The notes under the pieces: model-generated
The model's database searches: none
What the model saw: the letters and a program-made list of their open reading frames with translations, nothing else
What the model was told of the DNA's origin: nothing
Position numbers and translations under genes: made by a program
Part shown: in pieces, positions 1 through 10,239 of the stretch
How the letters are laid out: each line of letters begins with the position of its first letter
Numbering within the stretch: the first letter of the stretch is position 1
IMG/VR virus record: IMGVR_UViG_3300045988_162215
DNA length: 64,000 nucleotides
Reading direction: 5' to 3' (one strand)
Source: a virus

Positions 1-807
1 TTCACTTTGTAAATAAGAATATTCATAGAAAGCATCTACCTCACGTTCACCATCTTTTGAATTAAGATAAGCTTTATGAACATATCTATCTTCTTTTTTA
101 AGATAATGCGCATCACAACCAATTACATATTTTATTTTAAATAAATCTGCTATTGCAATAAGACCCTTATTTGCAATAATTTGTTCATTAGAACATCCTG
201 GAGCAAATTCAATATAGAAGTCTTTTCCAAAAATTGATTGCATATCTTGAATAAAATTAACTGTAGCCGCATATGCTTCCTGTCGTCCAGCCTCGTTACC
301 TATCTGCTCAGCCGCCTTAAATTTCAAAAGATTATTAGAAAGTTCTCCACCAATACATGCTGTTGTTGCGATAACATGTCCCGGATTTCTTCCAATAACC
401 TCTTTTAATTCAGACTTTAAAGTTGGAACTCTTTCACCTCTATCACTATATTCGTTTAACCAAGCAAGTGAAGATAATTCTCTTAACTGCTTATGTCCAA
501 TCGCATCTTTTGCTATAAGAATAAAGTGATAATATCTTTGTCCTTTTGTTCTTTCATCAACAAGATAAATTTCATTGCCCAATGCAATTTTAAAATCTGG
601 ATTTTCTTCTCTTATTTTATCTTGATATTTTTGCACACGAACATGACCACTAAGACATTCATGGTCTGTAATGGCTATTCCCTTTAGTCCTAGTTCGATT
701 GCTCTATCAATCAATAATTCCGGTTTATTGATTGAATCAACTAATCTAAGATTTGAATATTCTGTATGTGAGTGCAGTTCCATTCTTAAATTCATTTTTT
801 TCGACAT
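1..807 (-). CDS. DNA polymerase III alpha-like PHP domain protein, N-terminal part (gene continues beyond window start)
   Basis: Manual translation of minus strand gives MSKKMNLRMELHSHTEYSNLRLVDS...AITDHECL..., the PHP-domain signature of DnaE-type polymerases. RBS aggaaaagg precedes the ATG at 807. The ORF runs off the window edge. Confidence 0.55.
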   Translation of the reverse strand, partial: MSKKMNLRMELHSHTEYSNLRLVDSINKPELLIDRAIELGLKGIAITDHECLSGHVRVQKYQDKIREENPDFKIALGNEIYLVDERTKGQRYYHFILIAKDAIGHKQLRELSSLAWLNEYSDRGERVPTLKSELKEVIGRNPGHVIATTACIGGELSNNLLKFKAAEQIGNEAGRQEAYAATVNFIQDMQSIFGKDFYIEFAPGCSNEQIIANKGLIAIADLFKIKYVIGCDAHYLKKEDRYVHKAYLNSKDGEREVDAFYEYSYLQSE

Positions 808-853
808 CCTTTTCCTATATTATAATTTATTATAACATAAATTTAATATAAAG

Positions 854-1825
854 TCAACTTCTTGTTTTATAATATTTTTCTTCATTTTCAGGTGTTAATA
901 AAAATCTTGTTGTTTCTAATTTTAAATCATCTATTGTGTAATCTGTATCATAAGGGATACGAATAAGTGGAATTTTATTATCAAAACAATATTTGTTTTT
1001 GATTAAATCTGATTTATGAGTTCTTTCATAGTAATCTTTTGTATCCCATCCATATCCAGTAAAAAAGAAATGTTGTTGACCATCAAATTCTATAATATAT
1101 TTATTATTGATATAAAAATCAAATTCTTTAATTTTTAAATCATCAAATCTTTTTTGGTACTCAAAAGAAATATTATTTTTAGTAAGTAATTTAATAATAT
1201 TTTCTTCATTTTTTGAATGAGTACAACCACAAGATTGAGAAAAGCCTTGTCTAAGATTACCCATATCTATATCACATTCATTTCCACAATCACATTTACA
1301 ATGCCAAAGAGTATGCCCTCCATTTTCACTATAGATAGGAAATAAGGCAACTAATTTACCAAAACGTTGACCTGTTAAATCAATTCTTGTTGCTCTGCAT
1401 CTCTCAGCAGCGAGTTCTCTATTTAAACATCCGCAAGATTGAGACTCACCTCTACGTAATGTCTCTGCGGGGACGTCTTTTTCATTTCCACACTCGCACT
1501 TACAATGATAAATTTTTCCTCTTTTTTTTGTTCTTTCTTCAAGCAAGTATTGAACAGTCCATCTACCAATTTTTTGTCCTACTAAATCATAACGGCAATC
1601 ACACTCATTTTTAGCAGTTTTTTTAGTTAAATAGCTACCTTGTTTTATAAAATACTTTTTACATAAATTACATTGACATAGCCACCAAGCATGATCTGGA
1701 TTTTTCCCCTCTGGGCATTCTGTTCGATATAAAACTTGATAATCACCAAAAATACAACCTGTTAAATCTTTTGCTCTTGAATGAATATCAGTTTTAAAAA
1801 TTTTAAAATTTTCTATTTGTTTCAT
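854..1825 (-). CDS. putative homing endonuclease-like protein (three Zn-ribbon DNA-binding repeats plus C-terminal DUF559/Vsr-like PD-(D/E)xK domain)
   Basis: Three repeats of G..G.W.V.......W.C.C.CGN......L..G.SQSCGC. C-terminal IIEFDGQQH...RIPY resembles the Vsr/DUF559 endonuclease fold. Confidence 0.4.
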   Translation of the reverse strand: MKQIENFKIFKTDIHSRAKDLTGCIFGDYQVLYRTECPEGKNPDHAWWLCQCNLCKKYFIKQGSYLTKKTAKNECDCRYDLVGQKIGRWTVQYLLEERTKKRGKIYHCKCECGNEKDVPAETLRRGESQSCGCLNRELAAERCRATRIDLTGQRFGKLVALFPIYSENGGHTLWHCKCDCGNECDIDMGNLRQGFSQSCGCTHSKNEENIIKLLTKNNISFEYQKRFDDLKIKEFDFYINNKYIIEFDGQQHFFFTGYGWDTKDYYERTHKSDLIKNKYCFDNKIPLIRIPYDTDYTIDDLKLETTRFLLTPENEEKYYKTRS

Positions 1826-1914
1826 AATATATATATATTCTCCTTTGATTTTGTCCTCGTGCTATATATAAAAATTCGAACTAGAGCTTTTAACAAGTTT
1901 GATTAAAAAATTTT

Positions 1915-3096
1915 TTATCTTACTAAAACACATTTTTCGACACTTCTGCTAACCGCGGTATATAGCCATCTAGCATGTTCTGTTCTATCAAAAGGAAAAG
2001 CTTCTTCAACTACTGTTACCTTATCAAATTCACTACCTTGTGACTTATGACAAGTGATTGCGTATCCAAAAGCGAACTCCCTTGGAACAATATCTCCAAT
2101 TCTAGGAATTAACTTACCAAGAGCATAAGCTTCTTTCCAATCAATACACTTTTCTCCTGTTTCTATCATATGTTTATCCATTTCTACTTGCTCAAAGATT
2201 TCTCCTTCGTCAGTTTCAAATACACATGTAATATTTTCGAGATTGTGATTTTTCATATTTATATATCTAGGAGCAACCCTAAAAGATTCAAAAGGGTTAT
2301 GAATAATTCCTGTTAAACCATTTACGAGAACGCTTTCTCCATCTTCAGATGTGTCATCCCAATAATTTCTTAAACAAATCATTTTTTCGCCATCTTGCGG
2401 CAGTCCCTCAAACCCATATAAACCTCTTATTTGATTATTTAAAGCTTGACGAGTAGCATTTGTACCACAAATAACCTGATCTGCCCATGTTAAATGTCCA
2501 GTTACAAGTTCTTTTTTAGGAATAACAATAACTTCATTTCCTTTATTAAACTCTATGTTTTCATAATTTCTAATTTTCATTGTGGTTTGGATAATTTCGC
2601 TTTCTGCTGCTTGACGCATAACTTCATCTAAAAAAATATGCGGTTTGTCAAGTAGGGTATGCGCCTCTTTCTTATCAATCTGCGGCAGCTGGAATGGGTC
2701 TCCAAGGAAGATCACATATACTTTATGAGCCAAAAGCAAATCTATCATTGACTTAGGCACCATAGATACCTCATCTACTACAACGATAGTGTATTCTAGT
2801 TTAGTTTTTGGTTTTCTATAAAACCCACCTGCAGGTCTTGGAATACTATCATAAAGTAATCTATGTAAAGTCATTGCATTTGGATTGCCTTTTTTTCTTA
2901 GCACTTCCGCGGCTTTACCTGTATATGCTGCATATGCGACTTTAGATTCTTCTACATCTAAAGCTGAGATGATAAACTTAACCAAAGTTGATTTTCCCGT
3001 ACCAGCATATCCAGATATTGTAGTATATTTTTCTCCATTCTTATATCGCTCTAATGCTGTTTTTAATCCTTCTTCTTGTTTATTTGTTAATTCCAT
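1915..3096 (-). CDS. SF1 DNA helicase, Dda/RecD-like
   Basis: Walker A GYAGTGKST, motif II VVDEVSM, and GDPFQLPQI typical of the RecD/Dda/Pif1 family. Confidence 0.7.
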   Translation of the reverse strand: MELTNKQEEGLKTALERYKNGEKYTTISGYAGTGKSTLVKFIISALDVEESKVAYAAYTGKAAEVLRKKGNPNAMTLHRLLYDSIPRPAGGFYRKPKTKLEYTIVVVDEVSMVPKSMIDLLLAHKVYVIFLGDPFQLPQIDKKEAHTLLDKPHIFLDEVMRQAAESEIIQTTMKIRNYENIEFNKGNEVIVIPKKELVTGHLTWADQVICGTNATRQALNNQIRGLYGFEGLPQDGEKMICLRNYWDDTSEDGESVLVNGLTGIIHNPFESFRVAPRYINMKNHNLENITCVFETDEGEIFEQVEMDKHMIETGEKCIDWKEAYALGKLIPRIGDIVPREFAFGYAITCHKSQGSEFDKVTVVEEAFPFDRTEHARWLYTAVSRSVEKCVLVR

Positions 3097-3098
3097 AG

Positions 3099-3308
3099 TT
3101 AATCTTCTCCAATATATAAATTTAATTCTTTCATTGCATTTTTTATTCCAACTGCTTCTGCATAAGCAGCTAATTCAATATGTGCAAATTCTTTATTTTT
3201 AATTTTTTTATCTATTGACTTTTTTCTTTCATTTATTTCGGTATCGATAAAATTAGATAAAGCTTTTAATTTTTCATAGACAATATTCATTTTATAACCA
3301 ACCTCCAT
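3099..3308 (-). CDS. hypothetical protein
   Basis: ORF preceded by an RBS. No recognisable motif. Confidence 0.3.
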   Translation of the reverse strand: MEVGYKMNIVYEKLKALSNFIDTEINERKKSIDKKIKNKEFAHIELAAYAEAVGIKNAMKELNLYIGED

Positions 3309-3451
3309 TTTTTAATATTTCTTCTATATCTATTATTCTATCTTCTGGATAATCATAATATTCATTTTCAAAAATTTCTGCAATTTTATGAATATCATCC
3401 CAAGCTTCTAAAGATCTTTCTTTTTTCCATTCTTTATATTCATTACTCATA
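3293..3451 (-). CDS. small hypothetical protein (about 52 aa)
   Basis: Manually found ORF MSNEYKEWKKERSLEAWDDIH.... Good RBS, follows the promoter at 3477-3505, and overlaps the start of the next gene. Confidence 0.25.
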
Positions 3452-3476
3452 TCTCCACAACTCCTTTTATAAATTT

Positions 3477-3505
3477 ATTATACCATATTTTTATTAAAAA
3501 CACAA
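3477..3505 (-). promoter_or_regulatory. sigma-70-like promoter (TTGTGT-N17-TGGTATAAT)
   Basis: Conserved extended -10 family. Confidence 0.45.
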
Positions 3506-3530
3506 ATAAGGGTAGCAATAAAGCTACCCT
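3491..3530 (-). terminator. intrinsic terminator (9-bp GC hairpin plus U-tract)
   Basis: AAGGGTAGC-AATAA-GCTACCCTT followed on minus strand by a U-rich run. Confidence 0.5.
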
Positions 3531-3961
3531 TGTAAAATTGATTGTGGTAAATATAAAATTTCTCTATTTATTTGTTTTGCATATTCAATAGTATTATAAG
3601 TTCCACCAAATTCAATGCCATCCCAAATAGCTAATAAAATATCACAATTATCAACCATATATTTATCTCTAATAAAGTAATTTTCCTTATGATATTCTTC
3701 ACTTACCATATAAATCCAAGAATCTTCCATAAGATATTCTTCAAATGGATGGTATTTTTTTCTCTTATATGGTAAGCAACAAACAAGAGGAACATTAAAT
3801 TCTTTAGCTACTGAACCAAAAATCTGATCTGCTCCTTGAGCCATGCCGCAATACGCTTCAGAAAAATTGTATATCTGAAATTGCTCTTCTATCCACGCGC
3901 GGACCTCTGCTTCATGGCCCCTTAATCTTTCGGGTCTATGCCCTGTTAAAGCTACCTTCAT
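3524..3961 (-). CDS. SLOG-family protein (DUF1273/YpsA-like)
   Basis: N-terminal KVALTGHRP motif and overall pattern of YpsA/DUF1273. Confidence 0.45.
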   Translation of the reverse strand: MKVALTGHRPERLRGHEAEVRAWIEEQFQIYNFSEAYCGMAQGADQIFGSVAKEFNVPLVCCLPYKRKKYHPFEEYLMEDSWIYMVSEEYHKENYFIRDKYMVDNCDILLAIWDGIEFGGTYNTIEYAKQINREILYLPQSILQG

Positions 3962-3973
3962 ATATATATCCTC

Positions 3974-5758
3974 CTAAAATATAAAAGCTACACTATCTAC
4001 TACTTCATAGTCAACTAAAAGGAGCTGTGGATTGCGGCTGCCGCACCATTCATTAACTCTACATTGACAAACAGCATTTATTTCAACAAATCCATTTTCT
4101 GAATATAATTTATTAAACTCTTCTTCATCCGTTCCAAATTTTATAATTGAACAATTATTTGGTAAAGATATTTTTATAGTTGTGTTTTTAAGAAGTTGAA
4201 TCATGTCTTTTGTTATTTTTAGGTTTTTAATATATACAAACGGTTCATCAATATCCTTGCCCCATAAATAATCATGGTCAGCTATTGATATAATTGCATC
4301 AGTATCTATGTTATTTTCTTCAAAAATATAATCTACCCAATAAATAGGCTCATCAGATATATCTTTTAATGCTTCATTTGTTTTTTCAAGAAAAGCAAAA
4401 ATATCCTCTCCTTGAACCTCTTCTGCTCCTGGTTCAGAAAATCTAATACCTAAGCCAAAAGCTCCTTGGTGTCCCTCTTCGTAAAGCGTACAACCGGTTT
4501 CCGTGCATATATCTTTAAAATTATTAACTCCAGTTCTATCACATCCACGAGCCGAACCCTGATAAGATACAGCTCCATCTCCATCAACTACTTTTGTTAA
4601 TATACAACATGGTCGCTGATATTTTGCCATAAACTTATTTGCTATCAACCCAGCTATGTTTTTATCAATCTCTCCAGGATTAAGTAAAAAAAGTAAAACT
4701 TTGTCGTCTAACAAGTGTTTTTCTTCAATTAAACTTTCAAGATGTTCCATTCCTTTATCCTGAGCTTTTGTTTGTCTATTTTTAACATTAGTTACAGTTC
4801 TTAAAGCCTGATCAAGGATAGTTTCTTTTTCGCCAAAAGCATGTCCTCTTTTAGTCGAATCAACTTCTTTAAAAGCTTCAAATTTGAGCATTGATTTAAA
4901 CAAAAGATTTTTCTCTTCTTCGGTTCCACTTCTTACCATTGCATTAACAAAAGGTGCAATATAGAACGCGGCGCCCATTGGTGTAATCCTAGTACCCAGC
5001 TTAAAAGAATTCTTTTGCGCCATCCCATGTATAAATGGATTCTTTAAATTTAATGGCTCAAAGCCTTTATTTATAAGATGTTTAGTTTCTAAACTTTTTA
5101 AAGACATCATATCTGCTAAATTACCTAATGCAACTAAATCTAAATAATCATTAGCATTTTCTTTTTTAAGTAAGCTATCTAAATATCGACAAAATTGCCA
5201 GACTATTCCGACACCTGAAAAATCTTTATTTGGATAATTACTTAATTGATTGTTTATTATAATAGCATTTTCTGATATTTTATCTGCTTCATGGTGATCC
5301 AAAACTACAACCGGGATTCCTAAAGAATGAAGTTTTTCATGTTCTTCATAATCATTACTTGAGGAGTCTGGGCATATAACCAAACTAAAATCAGATGCAA
5401 GGTCGACACAATCACTTAAACCATGTTGCTTGCCAGAATGTATAAACCAAGATAAATGATTAGATACCCAATTTGGAAATGTATCATAAAGATAATTTAT
5501 TAAAAGAGCTGAAGATGTGTATCCATCACAGTCACTATCCACAACTATCAGTGCATTATCGTTCGCTCCAATGCAACTAACAACCGCGGTTGCCGCAGCT
5601 TTTAATCTATCTTCACCTAATGATAAAGGACTATTTATGTCATCATCTGTTGTATTTAAGTAGTGCTGCAACTCTGAAGATTTTATTCCTCTATTAACTA
5701 AGACCCTATTGATTGCAGGGGTTTCTTGATTAAAAGGATCATATAACTTAACTTTCAA
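3974..5758 (-). CDS. RecJ-like DHH-family single-strand exonuclease
   Basis: DHH motifs VVDSDCDGYTS and VVLDHHEAD, DHHA1-like region, then a C-terminal extension. Confidence 0.6.
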   Translation of the reverse strand: MKVKLYDPFNQETPAINRVLVNRGIKSSELQHYLNTTDDDINSPLSLGEDRLKAAATAVVSCIGANDNALIVVDSDCDGYTSSALLINYLYDTFPNWVSNHLSWFIHSGKQHGLSDCVDLASDFSLVICPDSSSNDYEEHEKLHSLGIPVVVLDHHEADKISENAIIINNQLSNYPNKDFSGVGIVWQFCRYLDSLLKKENANDYLDLVALGNLADMMSLKSLETKHLINKGFEPLNLKNPFIHGMAQKNSFKLGTRITPMGAAFYIAPFVNAMVRSGTEEEKNLLFKSMLKFEAFKEVDSTKRGHAFGEKETILDQALRTVTNVKNRQTKAQDKGMEHLESLIEEKHLLDDKVLLFLLNPGEIDKNIAGLIANKFMAKYQRPCCILTKVVDGDGAVSYQGSARGCDRTGVNNFKDICTETGCTLYEEGHQGAFGLGIRFSEPGAEEVQGEDIFAFLEKTNEALKDISDEPIYWVDYIFEENNIDTDAIISIADHDYLWGKDIDEPFVYIKNLKITKDMIQLLKNTTIKISLPNNCSIIKFGTDEEEFNKLYSENGFVEINAVCQCRVNEWCGSRNPQLLLVDYEVVDSVAFIF

Positions 5759-5950
5759 TTATCTAACAGCCTCCAATACTATAACATTACTGCATTGCGG
5801 ACATTTAATAGTTTTTCTCATAGAATTATATTCTTTATAAGGATGATAATTACCCATTATCTCTATATCCTCTTTCTCAAAACTAAAAATACATCCACAT
5901 TTTGAACATTGCGTTTTTTGTTTTGTTCCCTTTTCTATTATATGTATCAT
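5759..5950 (-). CDS. zinc-ribbon protein
   Basis: CSKCGC...CPQCSN four-cysteine ribbon. Confidence 0.35.
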   Translation of the reverse strand: MIHIIEKGTKQKTQCSKCGCIFSFEKEDIEIMGNYHPYKEYNSMRKTIKCPQCSNVIVLEAVR

Positions 5951-7083
5951 AATATTATCCTTTCTTTAAATAATTGCAGAAAAATATCTGGACCCCTATC
6001 TATAGGTGAGTCCTTATACCCAATTAAATTATTATTATCGAACAAAAAACTTAATTGTGTTTTACTTCCATATTTTTTTTGCATATTTAATAAATTCTTT
6101 GTCAATTTCTTATATTCATCATCATTAACCTCTTGAAACTGTTTATCCAAACTAACGCAGATTTCTTCTGCACCCGCTTCAACCAATAATTTATATTGAT
6201 ATCCAATAAATGCAGAACCACAGCAAGCTACTGATATATCATTTTCTTTTCCAAAATAACTTGCATATAATAGTGTGCTTTTTTCAGATTCAAAAAGAAA
6301 AGCTTTTTTTATTTTCGCTATATTATCTTTACTTTTATTTAAGTTATATAAGTTAAAAGATAAAGGATGATTATACATTATCCCATTTATAATAGCCGGT
6401 CTATATTTTCCTCTATCAACAAGAGATAAATCCAAAGTTCTTTCTCTAATACCAATTAAATTATTATCCTTATCATAGTGCGGAATTACAATACCATTAT
6501 TCTTTGGATCGTAGCATATTCCCGCGGCATTGAGGATTTCTTTTTTCATACCTTCTCGTTCCCATATACCTATATTTGGATGCGGCAGTCGCGTTAAGAT
6601 AGAATCATCATATACTTTTAGTTCCACGGTTTGAGACTCTTGTTGTATATCTTTTATTCTATCATAACTATTTAAAATTTTCCAATCCTCAAGCAACGAA
6701 ACTAGATTTTTATCATCTATTTTTTGTTTTGGAGAAAACCCAAATTTTTCTGCAATATATCGAATAGCATCTGGTAATTCCCAATCAGTAGTATATTCTT
6801 TTCCTTCTGGAGTGTATTTAATCTTTTTTTGAACTCTTGATTTAACTTTTCTTGTCAATTCAAAAATATCAAACGTATCGCCACAATCAGTATAACATCT
6901 AAAAAGTTTGGTGTTATCATAATAAAAAAGTTTATGCTGTTGACCACAATGGCAAACTGTTTTAGATATTATTTTATCTCCTTGTAATATTGGATCTGCA
7001 TCAAATTCAGATAAAACATCAATAATTTGTTCTATTGTTAAAGAATTTTTAATTAAGTCTTTATCATATTCATAAGTTTGCAT
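5947..7083 (-). CDS. DNA primase (DnaG/T7-gp4-like zinc-binding domain plus TOPRIM)
   Basis: CHCGQQH...FRCYTDCGDTFDIFEL zinc ribbon. TOPRIM region with FLFESEKS and acidic residues. Confidence 0.6.
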   Translation of the reverse strand: MQTYEYDKDLIKNSLTIEQIIDVLSEFDADPILQGDKIISKTVCHCGQQHKLFYYDNTKLFRCYTDCGDTFDIFELTRKVKSRVQKKIKYTPEGKEYTTDWELPDAIRYIAEKFGFSPKQKIDDKNLVSLLEDWKILNSYDRIKDIQQESQTVELKVYDDSILTRLPHPNIGIWEREGMKKEILNAAGICYDPKNNGIVIPHYDKDNNLIGIRERTLDLSLVDRGKYRPAIINGIMYNHPLSFNLYNLNKSKDNIAKIKKAFLFESEKSTLLYASYFGKENDISVACCGSAFIGYQYKLLVEAGAEEICVSLDKQFQEVNDDEYKKLTKNLLNMQKKYGSKTQLSFLFDNNNLIGYKDSPIDRGPDIFLQLFKERIIL

Positions 7084-7143
7084 CTTTATACCTCTTTTTA
7101 TTAGTTATAACTAATATATAATTAGTTGTAACTAATTATTTTA

Positions 7144-8679
7144 TTAAAAAATGCTGTCTTCTTCAACTTTTATTTTCAAATCTTCAATTTCACATAATTC
7201 ATAATCATATTTTGTAACAAACATTGGGTCAATTCTGCAAATACCTTTGTTTGATTTACACCACATCAAGACATCTTTCCATCTTCCACGTCTATTCTTA
7301 TACACTGAAATCTTGGTGTCTGGAGGTTCAAAACCGCCTTTTTCAAGAATTGGCTTTAAAGCTTCTAGATCCTCTTGGCTAACTTTTAGCATAATCATAC
7401 CTAGATCGATTTTATCGGCAATCGACTTCGCGCCACGGAGAAGATTCTGGTCATATTCTTTTGCATCTCGATAGTCTCCATTTAGCTGAGTTGCTGAAAG
7501 AATAAAAATTCCATACTGATTACATATATCTTTTAATGTAATGGAAATCATAAAAAGAATATTATCTTCTCTAAGACGAACGCCGCCACTTCGTTTAGTT
7601 ACCTCTTCCAAAATTTTCATTGAGGTATGCAGATAATCAAGGAAGCAATACTGAATATCATGCTCTCTGATATTTCTTTTTATTGTATTCTCGATATCTT
7701 TTAATGAAAAATCTGGTAATGCTTTAAAATAAATTTGACTTTGTTTTAACAATAGAGAAGCTTTAGCAACACGTTCCCATTCACCTGCAAAATAATCTGC
7801 ATTTAGAATATGTTCTTCATCCACTCCAGAAACAAAAGCCAACATCATAGTTTGAATTTCATCAATCGGCTGCTCTGTTGCAATATATAATACTTTCTGC
7901 GGCTTCCCTGTGGTAACCCATTGTCCAGATTTGAGATCATACATCTGACCGCATCCAATGTAGCAAGCATCTGCTACCATAGACCTAGTTTTACCGATAC
8001 CTGTAGCCGCGGACCGCAAATAGAACTTTTTAAGTCTTGCGCCTTTTGTTATAGTATTGACATAATGACCGAATAAAGGATATCCAATTTCAGGATTCTC
8101 TTTTAAATCTTCAAGTAATTCATCAATACCAAAACCAACTTGACATTCATCATTTGGAGTTTCATCCACATATGTACTTCTTATTTCATCAATTTTTTCA
8201 TCAATCGTATCTGCAATCTTTTCTATTGGAGTATTATCAAACCAATCTTCTTGTTCTGCTTTTTTCTTTGTGTCAAAAATATTATCTGGATCATATAACC
8301 AAGATAAATCCATGTGTGCTAATCGTTCATAACCTCTAAAAAGAGTCATTTTTTTAAGTCTGTTATAATAATAATTAAAAGTAGCTAATGATGCTACATC
8401 AGAACATTTTAATAAATATTCTCTTCCTTGATAGGCTTTATATATACCCATTTTTTTAGGACGCTGATTAAGATAATCTTCAATCGCTTCTATTGTTATA
8501 GTTTGAGCACCCATTTTGTATAAATTATAAATAGGTTCAAAAACTATTTTATGAAAATCATCATAAAAATCTTCTTCATCAAAAGAATATTTATCTTCTG
8601 CATCTAAAAGATTCGGATTATTAAAAACCGTCCCAATAACCTGAATCAGTGCAGATTTATCAACATATTTACTTGCCAT
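7144..8679 (-). CDS. replicative DNA helicase, DnaB/gp41-like
   Basis: Walker A SAATGIGKT. C-terminal RecA-like region SATQLNGDYRD...RGAKSIADKIDLGMIML. Confidence 0.75.
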   Translation of the reverse strand: MASKYVDKSALIQVIGTVFNNPNLLDAEDKYSFDEEDFYDDFHKIVFEPIYNLYKMGAQTITIEAIEDYLNQRPKKMGIYKAYQGREYLLKCSDVASLATFNYYYNRLKKMTLFRGYERLAHMDLSWLYDPDNIFDTKKKAEQEDWFDNTPIEKIADTIDEKIDEIRSTYVDETPNDECQVGFGIDELLEDLKENPEIGYPLFGHYVNTITKGARLKKFYLRSAATGIGKTRSMVADACYIGCGQMYDLKSGQWVTTGKPQKVLYIATEQPIDEIQTMMLAFVSGVDEEHILNADYFAGEWERVAKASLLLKQSQIYFKALPDFSLKDIENTIKRNIREHDIQYCFLDYLHTSMKILEEVTKRSGGVRLREDNILFMISITLKDICNQYGIFILSATQLNGDYRDAKEYDQNLLRGAKSIADKIDLGMIMLKVSQEDLEALKPILEKGGFEPPDTKISVYKNRRGRWKDVLMWCKSNKGICRIDPMFVTKYDYELCEIEDLKIKVEEDSIF

Positions 8680-9196
8680 CTATAGATTCTCCTTCTTCAA
8701 AATTAAAAAATTTTATTTTCTTTTTTATTTTTGGAGGTTTTATAGTTATCTCTTTTGTTTTTTGTGTTATTGAAACAACATTTTTATCTTGATTTTGTTG
8801 TTTTGCTAAAAACAAACTATAATAATAATCATATGCATTTTGATATACATATGGCACAATACCTATTGAACCATTTGCTTTTTCTATTGAGTTTCCTTTA
8901 ACTTCAAAAAAATACACTAATGATTTTAATATACCGCTATAACTATATCCGTTTTCATTGACAAATTTATTGATATATTTATTTGTCATAGCCCAATTAC
9001 AAGAATCTCCATATACTTGTTTAATATAATCTTTTAATTTTGTAAGTTCAGGGTCTTCTTTTACCGCTAAAGGTTCTAAATTAGTATTATTTGGATCGCA
9101 AGTCTGATGAGCATATCTTCTCGCACCTACTCTAACAGCTTGTACTTTATCGCGGTCAAATGACTGTCCGCATATAATACATTTTACTTTATGCAC
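8669..9196 (-). CDS. hypothetical protein with N-terminal zinc finger (GTG start)
   Basis: CIICGQ...AHQTC. Conserved promoter plus RBS upstream. Confidence 0.4.
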   Translation of the reverse strand: MHKVKCIICGQSFDRDKVQAVRVGARRYAHQTCDPNNTNLEPLAVKEDPELTKLKDYIKQVYGDSCNWAMTNKYINKFVNENGYSYSGILKSLVYFFEVKGNSIEKANGSIGIVPYVYQNAYDYYYSLFLAKQQNQDKNVVSITQKTKEITIKPPKIKKKIKFFNFEEGESIDGK

Positions 9197-9230
9197 TTAA
9201 CAACCCTCAATTCTTCTTTAATATAATTAT

Positions 9231-9259
9231 ATTATATCATATTTTTTATTAGAAATCAA
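9231..9259 (-). promoter_or_regulatory. promoter TTGATT-N17-TGATATAAT
   Basis: Consensus family member upstream of 8669..9196. Confidence 0.55.
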
Positions 9260-9286
9260 AAAAGAGTTGCCATATAGGCAACTCTT
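9250..9286 (-). terminator. intrinsic terminator
   Basis: AAGAGTTGCC-ATAT-AGGCAACTCTT plus TTTTTTGATTT on the minus strand. Confidence 0.55.
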
Positions 9287-9297
9287 AATTATTTATG

Positions 9298-10239
9298 TTA
9301 TTTATTAGCTTCAACGAGTTTTTTAAGGTCTAAAACAATTAAACTCAAAGCTTCTGCCTGATCTCTTGTTGCTTTAGCTACAGTTTTCCCTTTACCAAGA
9401 TATTTTTCAACAATCTGGCTAATGCGCGGAGCCCAGAAGCTTCTAAATTTCTGACCATCATCTGTTTCTCCACTTTGGTCTGAAGAACCTGGAATATTAG
9501 CGACAATACTATTAAACTCTGAATATAATTTATCAAAGTCTAAATCTGCGGAAGCTTGGTTAATATTTACTCTAACATCTGTAAAATATTCTTCACCATC
9601 TTCTTCCATCTGCTTATCAATAGCTTCTCCAATAGCATTAACTAAGTTCTGATAACTTAAATCAATGTAATCTGGAGTGTATTTAAAACGAGACCCAGCT
9701 TCATATCTTGAAGTACCTCTCATAAACATAACAACTTTTTCAGACGAGCCATCTTGGGTTGGTACTGAACGAGTATAGCCTATGATATCGCACATTCTAG
9801 CAATAACATTATTTGCACGCTTATCAAGAGTAGGTACAATCTTATTATACTGCTGTCCGCCTTCATTTGTAAAAGTCTTATCAGTTTCATGTGAAATGAC
9901 AACTAAACCATAATCTAACTGAACAATTTTTCTTAGACATTCATCAAATTCTTTTTCGATCATGCCATAACCTTTACCAAAAGGAATGTCTGATACGGTA
10001 TCTGCATCATTATTACTGCATACATACTTTGAGCAGTAATCATAAGCAATATCAGCAGTATCAATAATTATAGTTTCGAATCTTTTCTTCGCATCATCTG
10101 TATTTAACTGCGTTAAAACTTGGCGGAATTCACTCCAATTATTTATTGGCTGAGCCATTGCGCCAGGGATGGCAGAGTAACCTTTCTCAAAGGCTAGCAA
10201 AAGGTGACCAGGGAATTTGACTGCGGTAGTGGTTTTACC
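9298..10239 (-). CDS. AAA_24/Sak4-like recombination ATPase, exon 2
   Basis: Begins in-frame GKTTTAVKFPGHLL with no start codon of its own (the tracked ORF used TTG at 10200). Contains IIIDTADIA....VVISHETD, typical of AAA_24. Confidence 0.55.
   Translation of the reverse strand, partial: GKTTTAVKFPGHLLLAFEKGYSAIPGAMAQPINNWSEFRQVLTQLNTDDAKKRFETIIIDTADIAYDYCSKYVCSNNDADTVSDIPFGKGYGMIEKEFDECLRKIVQLDYGLVVISHETDKTFTNEGGQQYNKIVPTLDKRANNVIARMCDIIGYTRSVPTQDGSSEKVVMFMRGTSRYEAGSRFKYTPDYIDLSYQNLVNAIGEAIDKQMEEDGEEYFTDVRVNINQASADLDFDKLYSEFNSIVANIPGSSDQSGETDDGQKFRSFWAPRISQIVEKYLGKGKTVAKATRDQAEALSLIVLDLKKLVEANK

Noticed and set aside
493-687. Plus-strand 64-aa ORF
   Set aside because: Lies antisense inside the PHP-domain polymerase coding region. 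Low-complexity product, no RBS.
1387-1614. Plus-strand 75-aa ORF and the other short plus-strand ORFs in the track (2885..3202, 7247..7474, 8154..8339, 11634..11867, 15443..15688, 16333..16710, 17350..17729, 18157..18918, 19885..20100, 20284..20679, 21167..21409, 23540..23938, 27168..27389, 27859..28080, 28123..28785, 30862..33080, 33533..34057, 35295..35624, 36340..36887, 37093..37353, 37896..38090, 39512..40110, 41762..41944, 42800..44106, 45754..46339, 51047..51250, 52616..52864, 58543..58812, 62915..63118)
   Set aside because: All are antisense to well-supported minus-strand genes or promoter regions. They lack RBS and have AT-codon-driven low-complexity products. The genome is transcribed essentially from one strand.
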